Virus record (IMG/VR): IMGVR_UViG_3300042914_004291
Span: 32,001 to 96,000 of that record
Length of the DNA stretch: 64,000 nt
From: a virus
Strand: one strand, 5' to 3'
The notes under the pieces were generated by a model that was given only the letters and a program-made list of their open reading frames with translations, did not search any database and was not told the DNA's origin. The translations under genes and the position numbers were made by a program. Shown here one piece after another: positions 8,431 to 17,064 of the stretch. Position 1 is the stretch's first letter. Every line of letters begins with the position of its first letter.

Positions 8431-10202
8431 TAGGTTGGTTGGCGGCGGAAAGATTGCACAAAGAGAACAAGACAGTGAAGAAAACATCAACAAAAACAGA
8501 CAAACTACAGCAGTTGAAACAAGCAGGAGAAGCGCCTGAGTGGATGACTGATGAAGGCTTCAAGACGCTGAGCGGAACGTATCTACTCCCAGGCGAATCT
8601 CCTAGGGATATGTGGATGCGGGTATCGACAAGCGTTGCAAACTATTTGAAAAAACCAGAGCTGCGCGCAAAGTTCTTCGATCTGCTATGGAGAAACTGGT
8701 TAGGGCTAGCTTCTCCGGTTGCAGCCAATTGCGGAACAGACAGAGGATTGCCAATCTCATGTTTCAGTACCTTCGTCCCAGACTCTATCGATGGGATCAT
8801 GGACAGGATGCATGAACTAGCAACAATGACAAAGAACGGTGGAGGTGTTGGTGTTCACTGGAACAAAGTGCGGCCAAGAAACTCTGTTATTCGTGGGAAT
8901 GGACGTTCTGAAGGCGTTGTTCCATTCATCAAGATTCAAGATTCCACAACTGTCGGCGTCAGCCAGGGTGGTGTGCGCAGAGGTGCTAGTGTTAGCTATT
9001 TGCCAATTGAACACGGTGATTTCTGGGAGTTTATCAAGATTCGCAGGCCAGAGGGAGATCAGAACAGACAATGCCAGAGTATTCATCATGGCGTCAATGT
9101 GTCTGACGAGTTCATGCAGTCACTCAAAGACGGCAACAAAGAGAACAGACTCAAATGGCAAGAGGTGCTGAAAACCAGAATGGAAACTGGAGAACCTTAT
9201 GTCTTCTTCACAGACACAGTGAGGAATTCACGTCCTGAGTCTTATGTGAAAAATGGCCTTGAAGTGCATGGATCGAATTTGTGCTCGGAGATACTCTTGG
9301 CAACAGATGAGGAACACTCATTTGTTTGTTGTTTGTCTTCTTTGAATCTTGCAAGGTGGGACGAATGGAAAGATACTGATGCTGTCGAGCTCTCAATCTG
9401 GTTTCTGGATGGTGTGCTTTCAGAGTTCATTGACAAAGCATCCAAGATTCATGGCATGGAACGTTCTGTGAGATCTGCTATTGCTGGGAGAGCTCTAGGT
9501 CTTGGCGTGTTTGGGTTTCACACATATCTCCAGGAGAATTCTATCGTCCTTGATAGTTTTGAGTGCTTTCAAATCAATGCGCAGATGTTTTCTGGTATCA
9601 AAAGAAAAGCAGAGAAGGCCACGCAAGATCTTGCCGCAGAGTATGGAGAGCCAGACTGGTGCAAAGGTCTGAACAGACGAAACACTCACCTGATCGCTTT
9701 GGCGCCCACCGTGAGCAATTCTCTGATCTCTGGCAACCTTTCACCAAGCATTGAGCCTTGGGCTGCAAATGTGTTCGTGCAGAAGAGCGCCAAAGGTACG
9801 ATCATCCAGAAGAACAAAACTCTAACAAAACTTCTAGAGTCATATGGCAAAAACAACGAAGCAACATGGAAAAGTATCGAGAAAGAGAAAGGAAGCGTCC
9901 AGCACCTGGATTTTCTCACGGATCATGAGAAGGAAGTGTTCTTGACGGCCAAGGAAATGAATCAGTTCGCTTTGGTTAAACTAGCCGCCCAAAGACAACG
10001 TTGGATCGACCAGGGCCAATCATTGAACCTGTTCTTTCCAGAGAACTCAGATCCAAAATATATTCATGATGTGCATGTGATGGCCCATGAAGAGGGCTTG
10101 AGGACTCTTTACTATCTCAGAACTAGCTCTGTGATCAGAGGCGATGCAGGTTCAAGAGAATATCGCCGCGAAAGCACTGAGTGCAAAGCCTGCGAAGGCT
10201 GA
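8427..10202 (+). CDS. nrdA: Class I ribonucleotide reductase alpha subunit, compact, no ATP cone
   Basis: GLPISCF, QGGVRRGA, GEPY, SNLCSEI, CCLSSLNL, APTVS, IDQGQSLN, TLYY, terminal CKACEG. Confidence 0.95.
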   Translation: MIGWLAAERLHKENKTVKKTSTKTDKLQQLKQAGEAPEWMTDEGFKTLSGTYLLPGESPRDMWMRVSTSVANYLKKPELRAKFFDLLWRNWLGLASPVAANCGTDRGLPISCFSTFVPDSIDGIMDRMHELATMTKNGGGVGVHWNKVRPRNSVIRGNGRSEGVVPFIKIQDSTTVGVSQGGVRRGASVSYLPIEHGDFWEFIKIRRPEGDQNRQCQSIHHGVNVSDEFMQSLKDGNKENRLKWQEVLKTRMETGEPYVFFTDTVRNSRPESYVKNGLEVHGSNLCSEILLATDEEHSFVCCLSSLNLARWDEWKDTDAVELSIWFLDGVLSEFIDKASKIHGMERSVRSAIAGRALGLGVFGFHTYLQENSIVLDSFECFQINAQMFSGIKRKAEKATQDLAAEYGEPDWCKGLNRRNTHLIALAPTVSNSLISGNLSPSIEPWAANVFVQKSAKGTIIQKNKTLTKLLESYGKNNEATWKSIEKEKGSVQHLDFLTDHEKEVFLTAKEMNQFALVKLAAQRQRWIDQGQSLNLFFPENSDPKYIHDVHVMAHEEGLRTLYYLRTSSVIRGDAGSREYRRESTECKACEG

Positions 10203-10207
10203 TCTTA

Positions 10208-10801
10208 TCAATCGGCCGGGACTAGCTTCTTGTCCTTGATCAGCATCCCATCAACACGTCCAATCTTCTGATAGTCAAAACCCTTCAATAAACAGACTTT
10301 CTGAGTTTGAAATCCGCCAGTAACAGTTTGACTACAAACTTGGCCAACGATTTCAGTGAATAGCGCAGGCCATGCAGCCTTTGGAAACATCTTAAGGTGC
10401 TGGTTGTACGCGCTCAATTCGCCCTCCAGTGTGAATGGCTGACCGGCCAGGATATGGGTGAACCAGTCATGAACTGTACGGAATTTCCAATTCTCCTCCT
10501 CAGAAAAGAATGGATGATCACTGAAATCTTTCATGATTTTCAGGGTCTTTGTAGATCCGACCTCTTTGCGCATCTGGTCTGCATCGCTGTATGGATCACC
10601 GTTCACGAACTCAACTTTGACTTTCGATTGCAAGATCTTAAAATACCGTTCGCAAGCAGCTTTCATGGCTTCAAAGCTTGGAACTGCTTCTTCCTCATAG
10701 TCTGGCGCTTCCATGTATGCCTTTGCAACGAGTTTTGCATATTCGTCCCATGACACCAGTTCAAGTTTTTCGTTCAATTTAAGGATTCTGCTGAGTTTCA
10801 T
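10208..10801 (-). CDS. Putative zincin-like domain protein of the type seen in phage polyvalent proteins; candidate virion cargo
   Basis: HPFFSEEENWKFRTVHDWFTH...GELSAYNQH...LFTEIVGQ; N-terminus MKLSRILKLNE. Confidence 0.55.
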   Translation of the reverse strand: MKLSRILKLNEKLELVSWDEYAKLVAKAYMEAPDYEEEAVPSFEAMKAACERYFKILQSKVKVEFVNGDPYSDADQMRKEVGSTKTLKIMKDFSDHPFFSEEENWKFRTVHDWFTHILAGQPFTLEGELSAYNQHLKMFPKAAWPALFTEIVGQVCSQTVTGGFQTQKVCLLKGFDYQKIGRVDGMLIKDKKLVPAD

Positions 10802-10819
10802 CACGGTTGGCTTTCTTCT

Positions 10820-12184
10820 TCAGAACGGCAGATTTCCTTGGCCTGCTGAGCTAGCGGCCAGGAGTTTGGCTTTTCTTTTCTTCTCTTGGTTTTGTTTCAC
10901 GACGTTCCTCATCCAGTCGGCACGTTTGTCTTGCAGCGCTGCTGCTGCAACGCTTGAATCTAGACGTTTGATCACATCTCTGAGTGTCATTGTTTCTTTG
11001 TCAATCCCAGCCCAGAGATCAGCATAGCCATCGACCAGTTTGCGCAGTGCTGCGATATAGTCTGGTTCGCCGCCAAGTTCTGATGCGGTTTGCTCTCTGA
11101 TTCCAAGCCAGATTGCTGCTTGCATTGCATGAGGAGAAATACCCGCCTCATCAGCCATCTGCGCAACTGCTTTAGCAATCTCTGCATATGCTCTTTCGTT
11201 GGATAGAAGGCTGATCTCATCTTTCTTGGTTTTGCCTGGATAGAATGCCCTGATCATCCAAGTGTCGACGACGACATTGAATGGGTTCTGATCAGTGCTA
11301 GCATACTCTGGGTCGAGTAGATTTAGTGCAAAGTTTGCAATCTTCAGCTTACGGAAAAACGGCGATCTTGCATCGAAGTTCGTGTTTGGAACTGTCAGGT
11401 CAATAGAGTTTGAGATCAGAGCGATCACAGTGTTCCTGTCGAGCCTGTTCGAGAACATCAGAGAGATTGCTTTTGCAATGTTGCCCATCTTTGCAGCGAT
11501 GTTGATGATTTTTGACTTCACAACAGTTTGATAGATGTGAAGTGATGCATACTCGGTCTGTTTGATGCCCTTCAGGTTCATGCCTATCGCTTTAGAGTCA
11601 GAAACGAATCTCTCAAGAAGATCGACATTCTCTCGCATGTCTGCCATGATCGCATTGAACATTGCGCCTGCTTCGATCAAGTTGCTATAGATTTCATTCT
11701 GCACAGAGGTTGCGGCTAGGAGCAGTGTGAACAGAGTTAGTTCCTGTTCATCCTCGAATCCTTCATGGAGTGTTTTTGCGGCATCGTAATACCAGTTCTC
11801 GCCGCGTTTACCTGCGATGTAAAACTTTCTTGCCAGCTCTAGAGCCTCCGGACTAATCGATACATCCTTGGTTGTTTTACCACCTCCACCGGCCGTGTTG
11901 ATTCTATCTATCGGATGAGTCTCGTCATCATCGATCACAATCTCCAGCAAAGAGGTGTTGTCATTTGACAAATGAGAAGCGTCATTCGCGTGTTTGATGA
12001 ATCCTTCTTCGCCAATTGGCCCAATCCCAATCTTGGCAAGGACCGCATTCACTTTCACAACACTTTCCGGATCTAAAACCAGCCCACCCCGCATTGATTG
12101 GATAGGCGTTGTCAACTGATTATCGACAGCTTGTTCTGCAAAAAGTATTGCACCTAGGATACTGGGGAGTTTGCGCGAAAACAT
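10820..12184 (-). CDS. DUF7178-like helical protein resembling HhH-GPD/endonuclease III-fold DNA glycosylases
   Basis: GENWYYDA, LAATSVQN, KIANFALNL, VVVDTWMIRAF, GISPHAMQAAIW. Confidence 0.6.
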   Translation of the reverse strand: MFSRKLPSILGAILFAEQAVDNQLTTPIQSMRGGLVLDPESVVKVNAVLAKIGIGPIGEEGFIKHANDASHLSNDNTSLLEIVIDDDETHPIDRINTAGGGGKTTKDVSISPEALELARKFYIAGKRGENWYYDAAKTLHEGFEDEQELTLFTLLLAATSVQNEIYSNLIEAGAMFNAIMADMRENVDLLERFVSDSKAIGMNLKGIKQTEYASLHIYQTVVKSKIINIAAKMGNIAKAISLMFSNRLDRNTVIALISNSIDLTVPNTNFDARSPFFRKLKIANFALNLLDPEYASTDQNPFNVVVDTWMIRAFYPGKTKKDEISLLSNERAYAEIAKAVAQMADEAGISPHAMQAAIWLGIREQTASELGGEPDYIAALRKLVDGYADLWAGIDKETMTLRDVIKRLDSSVAAAALQDKRADWMRNVVKQNQEKKRKAKLLAASSAGQGNLPF

Positions 12185-12192
12185 GTCAGTAA

Positions 12193-13029
12193 CTATGCAT
12201 GATACATTCGACTGAAAAAATCTGTCGCCGCCGAGCTTAGCTCCATGGCAAACTCGCTTTTCTTCAACTGGAATTTCCTCATGAGTTCTGAGCCTAAGAT
12301 CATACCCTCGTTCTTGAGCACCTTTATTGTCATTGGGTTGCTATGCTGCATTGAGTAAGCAAACAGCATTGGCAGATGTTTGAGTTCAATGAGCTGAGAC
12401 AGCTTTTTGAAGAAATCGTCTGTTGAAAGAATTGCGTTGGTGTTGCCATTACGACAATCAGCAATTCGTTGTTCAACAAGCGCCAATGCATCTAGTTTGT
12501 CTGAGTATTGTTTCACCAAATGATTTGCGGCCATATGAAGTCTGGAAAGTACAATTTCCTCACATGGCCAACGATAAAGTGATTCAATAGGAGTTTTGTT
12601 GACGTCGGAACGTTCATAAAACTTTACCCACAATGACATGGCCGCTGGGCTTGTTTTGGTGTCTGATGTGAGATACTTTGGTACTATCTCTGACATTGCT
12701 AGTTCATATAGAAGTGGCCCAAAATCGTCAATTGCGGCGGAATTTGTCACTCTGAAAGTTTTGCCGTCTTCATTGTCTTCAATATAAATAACCCCTTTGA
12801 TGGCATCAGTCACGTCCGTGAACCATTCGAACATGCTCATCCTAGGATCTGCCTTTGCCAGCGATGATCGAGCATCTTTTGTGTCAATCAGGACATATAG
12901 ATGCTGGCCATCAGGTCGGCTAGAAAAAATGGCATAGTCCATGGCAGCAGCATCATTCGCTGTTTTGGCTGATTCTTCGATGTCGACTGCATGTTCTTCG
13001 AACAAGAGCTTATAGAGTTGAGTTGTCAT
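12193..13029 (-). CDS. Putative GNAT-fold acetyltransferase
   Basis: VTNSAAIDDFGPLLYELAM...LTSDTKTSPAAMSLWVKF; start at ATG 13029 overlapping the upstream stop (ATGA). Confidence 0.55.
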   Translation of the reverse strand: MTTQLYKLLFEEHAVDIEESAKTANDAAAMDYAIFSSRPDGQHLYVLIDTKDARSSLAKADPRMSMFEWFTDVTDAIKGVIYIEDNEDGKTFRVTNSAAIDDFGPLLYELAMSEIVPKYLTSDTKTSPAAMSLWVKFYERSDVNKTPIESLYRWPCEEIVLSRLHMAANHLVKQYSDKLDALALVEQRIADCRNGNTNAILSTDDFFKKLSQLIELKHLPMLFAYSMQHSNPMTIKVLKNEGMILGSELMRKFQLKKSEFAMELSSAATDFFSRMYHA

Positions 13030-13820
13030 CGTGCTCCATTCCAAACTGAGCTAAAGATCTGAGCTGCAAGGTTTGAAAGCGTGTCGATTGTTTCGTCTGG
13101 CGGATCTCCAAATTCCTTGATCGCCCATTTATTGGTTTTTGCGACAAGATCGCTATAGACACTGGCAGCAGAAGCACCAGGACGGAGTTTGTACAGATAG
13201 AACAAGCCAGGATGGTTCGCTTCTTTGAACAGCTCAAGAAGTTGTGGATCGTCCATGAACTGTTCCTGTGTCATTGGGCCGCGTGGGTTCGTTAAGAGCT
13301 GGTTTGGGAAATTTGCCAAACGGAAGCCAGAAGCACGCAGAGCGGCTATGATTGCTTGCTTTGAAATATTCCCAGCCCACTGATGTTCTATGTCCGGATT
13401 CACTCCTTCAAGGAACTTATCCCACACGCCCCTTGCTCTTTCTTCGACTGACATGTCAGAACCAAACCATTGTTCATCTCCAAGTCTTCTCTGAACGCTA
13501 GCCATCGCAAACTCATACATCAAAGGACCATATCCTGGCACCAAACTCAGAACAGCTTCAACTCTGCAAACGCCGTTCCTTGGATTGCCATATTGAATAT
13601 ATCCAATAAGTGATCGCCGCGAAATTTTGTAAGTCTCCGGATCTGACGAAGACCAGTTGATCAGATCCACCTCTAGCTGCATTCTATCGAACAACAACAA
13701 TGTCGATCCGGCGCCGGATGATTGCTCGAACAACAGATAATCGCCACCAGAAACATCAGGAGGACGTTTTGCCGCTTCATCGACAGGATAGATCAGCTCA
13801 GATAAAGAAACATTTTTCAC
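13026..13820 (-). CDS. Putative GNAT-fold acetyltransferase, paralogue of 12193..13029
   Basis: VEAVLSLVPGYGPLMYEFAM...FGSDMSVEERARGVWDKF. Confidence 0.55.
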   Translation of the reverse strand: MKNVSLSELIYPVDEAAKRPPDVSGGDYLLFEQSSGAGSTLLLFDRMQLEVDLINWSSSDPETYKISRRSLIGYIQYGNPRNGVCRVEAVLSLVPGYGPLMYEFAMASVQRRLGDEQWFGSDMSVEERARGVWDKFLEGVNPDIEHQWAGNISKQAIIAALRASGFRLANFPNQLLTNPRGPMTQEQFMDDPQLLELFKEANHPGLFYLYKLRPGASAASVYSDLVAKTNKWAIKEFGDPPDETIDTLSNLAAQIFSSVWNGAR

Positions 13821-14242
13821 TGTACATCTCCAGGAATGGCTCTAAAACCTTTTCTGATGCCATTTCTCAGGCACCACCCAGCGGGAACCTCAACAACCGA
13901 TTTCACGTCACTAGAAAAAGCCACAGGCACCGTAGAGAGTGCTGTTAATCTTTTAAGTTCAACAACGTTCATGTCTCCATCGAAACCGATCGCGTCTAGA
14001 TCAAATGGCACATCTTTCATCCAGAGAGAATAAGAGGATTTTGAGTCTTTGAGCCATATTCCAGTTCCTTGAGGTGGCATTCTCTTCTGCCATCTGAACC
14101 CTGTCATTCTTGCAACCGGAGTGTTTGCTGTGTAGAGTTGGAGCGGTAGCTTGGTTATACCAGAATCTGATATGATTATCAGCTTGTCTGGGAAGGAGCT
14201 GAGATCTAATGGTTTGTTGGCTAGCTGTGGATCCAGGCGCAT
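13817..14242 (-). CDS. DUF192 family protein
   Basis: ANTPVARMTG, LWMKDVPFDLDAIGFD, VVEVPAGW. Confidence 0.8.
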   Translation of the reverse strand: MRLDPQLANKPLDLSSFPDKLIIISDSGITKLPLQLYTANTPVARMTGFRWQKRMPPQGTGIWLKDSKSSYSLWMKDVPFDLDAIGFDGDMNVVELKRLTALSTVPVAFSSDVKSVVEVPAGWCLRNGIRKGFRAIPGDVQ

Positions 14243-14272
14243 TACTATTTGCTCCTGATGTAACTAGAATTC

Positions 14273-14647
14273 ATGACTACGATGAAGAAATGGTGGAACG
14301 AGTTGTTTGGTGGCAAGAAAGGTTTCGCGGCAAAAACTATCAAGGTTCAAGACCTACAGCCAGGACAGTTGGTTTCAGTTGAACTGAACAGGGAACTCAT
14401 CAGAGGAATCAATCTCACAACAGAAGAGGGTTTGGCCTCAAGACTACCAGATGATATAAAATTCATCAGAGGGTTCGTGAAGAGGATCGACCAGATTAAG
14501 CCTCAAGGCAATTCAATCGGCCAGATCAATGTCCTAGAATTGTTGACAGCCATCAGGTTCAATCCTGCATCAGACTGTGCAACCAGACTTGAGATCTGTC
14601 TGCTTGAACATGAAACCAAATCAATCAGACTGATCATCGAAGCTTGA
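14273..14647 (+). CDS. Hypothetical protein
   Basis: 124-aa ORF filling the gap between divergent genes. Confidence 0.6.
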   Translation: MTTMKKWWNELFGGKKGFAAKTIKVQDLQPGQLVSVELNRELIRGINLTTEEGLASRLPDDIKFIRGFVKRIDQIKPQGNSIGQINVLELLTAIRFNPASDCATRLEICLLEHETKSIRLIIEA

Positions 14648-14672
14648 CATATCCAAAACAATCCTAGATACT
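14644..14672 (+). promoter_or_regulatory. Sigma70-like promoter for thyA
   Basis: TTGACA-N17-GATACT, 10 nt before the ATG. Confidence 0.6.
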
Positions 14673-14682
14673 CAGAGAAAGT

Positions 14683-15585
14683 ATGCACGCAGATAAAATC
14701 TATAAAGAACTGGTTGAGGATATCCTTGCCAATGGAGAAGAAAGAGAAGACAGGACAGGAGTTGGCACGTTGTCCGTTTTCGGGCGTCAGTGCCGGTATG
14801 ACCTGAACGAAGGATTCCCAATCCTCACAACAAAGAAGGTGCATTTCAAATCGGTGGTCGGAGAACTTTTGTGGTTTCTTCGCGGCGATACCAATGTGAA
14901 ATGGCTGAATGACAATGGGATCACCATTTGGGACGAATGGGCTTCGAAAATAAATGAAGATGATACGGACGCTACAAGATATCGACTCGTTGATGGTAGG
15001 TTGAAACAAATTCCAGGGCGACATCTGAAAACGCGCGGGGATCTAGGTCCAATCTACGGGGCACAATGGCGAAGCTGGCATCAACACAGCCCGGACATTC
15101 TAATAACAACCAAAATTGACCAGATAAAGCAAGTCATTGATCAAATCAAAACAAATCCGACATCGCGAAGACTGATCGTTTCCGCATGGAATGTTGGAGA
15201 ACTTGAGCACATGGCACTCCAGCCCTGTCATACCATGTTTCAGTTCTACGTTTCGAAAGGCAAACTGTCATGTCAGTTGTATCAAAGAAGCTGTGACCTT
15301 GGGCTTGGTCAGCCGTTCAACGTTGCTTCATATGCTATTCTCACACATATGATCGCGCAAGTCTGTGATCTGGGAGTTGGAGAGTTTGTTCATACCTTTG
15401 GGGATGTGCATGTGTACAGGAACCACGTCGATAAACTCAAACAACAGCTTGAACGAAAACCACTCCCAGCTCCAAAACTTTGGCTAAACCCAGAGATCAA
15501 AGATATCGATTCGTTCACATTCGATGATATCAAACTAGAGAACTATCAACATCATCCTGGAATCAAGATGGAGGTGGCAGTATGA
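14683..15585 (+). CDS. thyA: Thymidylate synthase
   Basis: [64 protein letters not shown]. Confidence 0.97.
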   Translation: MHADKIYKELVEDILANGEEREDRTGVGTLSVFGRQCRYDLNEGFPILTTKKVHFKSVVGELLWFLRGDTNVKWLNDNGITIWDEWASKINEDDTDATRYRLVDGRLKQIPGRHLKTRGDLGPIYGAQWRSWHQHSPDILITTKIDQIKQVIDQIKTNPTSRRLIVSAWNVGELEHMALQPCHTMFQFYVSKGKLSCQLYQRSCDLGLGQPFNVASYAILTHMIAQVCDLGVGEFVHTFGDVHVYRNHVDKLKQQLERKPLPAPKLWLNPEIKDIDSFTFDDIKLENYQHHPGIKMEVAV

Positions 15586-15911
15586 AAACCAGCCAGACGC
15601 TGCAAGAGCTCATTGCGCTTCGGACACAGCTAAAGCTGACATTGAAGGAAGTTGAAAACTCCATAGCCAAATTTTCTTGTGTTGTAGAGCTAGACGACCA
15701 TGCAGCACTCACAGTTTTCTTCAAACAAAACAAAGAATTCTTCAGCGTGGGCGACAAAGTCTTGCTTAAGACAGCGCTTGGAGGTTCTCCGAATGTGGTC
15801 TTTGAATATAGAGGAACGCCCCATCACGGCGCATGTGCTTTCTTTGTCAGTATCACACCAGAATATGAGGGCAGCATGAATATCTGGCTGGATAGGATCC
15901 ATGTTCAATAA
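15582..15911 (+). CDS. Hypothetical protein
   Basis: ATGA overlap with the thyA stop. Confidence 0.6.
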   Translation: MKTSQTLQELIALRTQLKLTLKEVENSIAKFSCVVELDDHAALTVFFKQNKEFFSVGDKVLLKTALGGSPNVVFEYRGTPHHGACAFFVSITPEYEGSMNIWLDRIHVQ

Positions 15912-15935
15912 AGAACAAGCTGAGCACATCAAGCC

Positions 15936-15964
15936 TTGACAACCAGCAGAACTCGTGCTAAGTG
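15936..15964 (+). promoter_or_regulatory. Sigma70-like promoter, probably giving a leaderless transcript
   Basis: TTGACA-N17-TAAGTG, TGC before the -10, ATG 6 nt downstream. Confidence 0.6.
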
Positions 15965-15970
15965 TCATGC

Positions 15971-16471
15971 ATGAGCGAAAAAACCCAAGAGCAACCCGTC
16001 AAGAAACAATATCAGTTGTTTGCAAAACTTGACGGTCCAATTTCATACGACTACATCGCCGAAGATATCGAAAGGCTAGCCACGCCATGCTCGCCGGTAT
16101 TCGAGCTCACAGATGAAGAATATGCGCTGTATCATAACTGCGTACGTGACCGGTGGGATAATCGGCACAGGATTGTCTGTCTGTCAGACAACTGGGTCAG
16201 TGTGGAGGAGATCATGCAATTGATCGACCAGGAACGCTCCAAAATCGACGCGGAGAGCAAACGTTTGGCCGAGAAGCAGTCAAAGATGATTGCCGCGGCT
16301 GCAAAGAAAGAAGCAAAAAGACAAGCTTTTGCAGAACAGTGCTCTGGTGCAAACGGAAAAGTCAAATCGTCACCAGACAGCAAGAATGAAAAATTCGCAA
16401 AAAAAGTTGCGAAGATGAGAGAGCTTGCAGACCGATGCTCCATGTCTAGTAAAGGTTTTGTATCGCGGTGA
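15971..16471 (+). CDS. Hypothetical protein with charged coiled-coil C-terminus
   Basis: ATG 15971 follows the promoter; Lys/Ala/Glu-rich helix. Confidence 0.65.
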   Translation: MSEKTQEQPVKKQYQLFAKLDGPISYDYIAEDIERLATPCSPVFELTDEEYALYHNCVRDRWDNRHRIVCLSDNWVSVEEIMQLIDQERSKIDAESKRLAEKQSKMIAAAAKKEAKRQAFAEQCSGANGKVKSSPDSKNEKFAKKVAKMRELADRCSMSSKGFVSR

Positions 16472-17064
16472 CAGATGTAGAGCTTGAAATCGAGGCAAGA
16501 ATTGCCAAACGTCTCAAAGAGGCTGCGGAGTCATTGCTCGTAGCAGAGGAAAACCGCAAACACATCAATCGAGAGAGGGCAAAGATGCGCGAAGAAGCTT
16601 ACGAATTTGAGATGGAAAAACAAACTAAAATGACAATAGAACAGAACACAGAGTCAGAAGAAACCGAAGAACGGCTGTCTTATATCGTAGTTCGAGAATA
16701 CGAGGTATCATGTGGCTATGAGGGCTATGGTGAAATCAATGTACCTGAGAAAGACGTCTTGCAGCTAACCGCATTTGAAGCAGAAGCAATGACAGACTTC
16801 TTGCGAACGACTAATGGGTCTGCGCGGACGCTTGTCATGATTGTTCCGCCAAAGAAATTTGATCTTGCTAAGATCACTGCCGATTACACGGCCAAACTGA
16901 ACAGGATAGAAGAAGCAAGGCTGGCACGGGAGAAGAAATACACCGAAGCAGAGAAGAAGAAAGCTGAAGCAAAGAAACTCAAGCAGCTAGCAAGGATCAA
17001 GAAAGAACTTGCTGCGCTTGGAGTTGACAGCGAAAAATCCCTGTTCAGCCAATCACAGACTTGA
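16468..17064 (+). CDS. Hypothetical protein with charged coiled-coil C-terminus
   Basis: GTGA overlap with the upstream stop; Lys/Glu-rich tail. Confidence 0.65.
   Translation: MTDVELEIEARIAKRLKEAAESLLVAEENRKHINRERAKMREEAYEFEMEKQTKMTIEQNTESEETEERLSYIVVREYEVSCGYEGYGEINVPEKDVLQLTAFEAEAMTDFLRTTNGSARTLVMIVPPKKFDLAKITADYTAKLNRIEEARLAREKKYTEAEKKKAEAKKLKQLARIKKELAALGVDSEKSLFSQSQT

Noticed and set aside
5716-15585. Inteins or introns in helicase, RNR or thyA
   Set aside because: All catalytic motifs are contiguous, lengths are normal, and no Cys...His-Asn intein ends are seen
14683-15585. Thymidylate synthase homologue acting as a dCMP/dUMP hydroxymethylase
   Set aside because: Sequence is close to canonical ThyA including the dUMP-specifying Asn, and dUTPase and DHFR are present, consistent with ordinary dTMP synthesis
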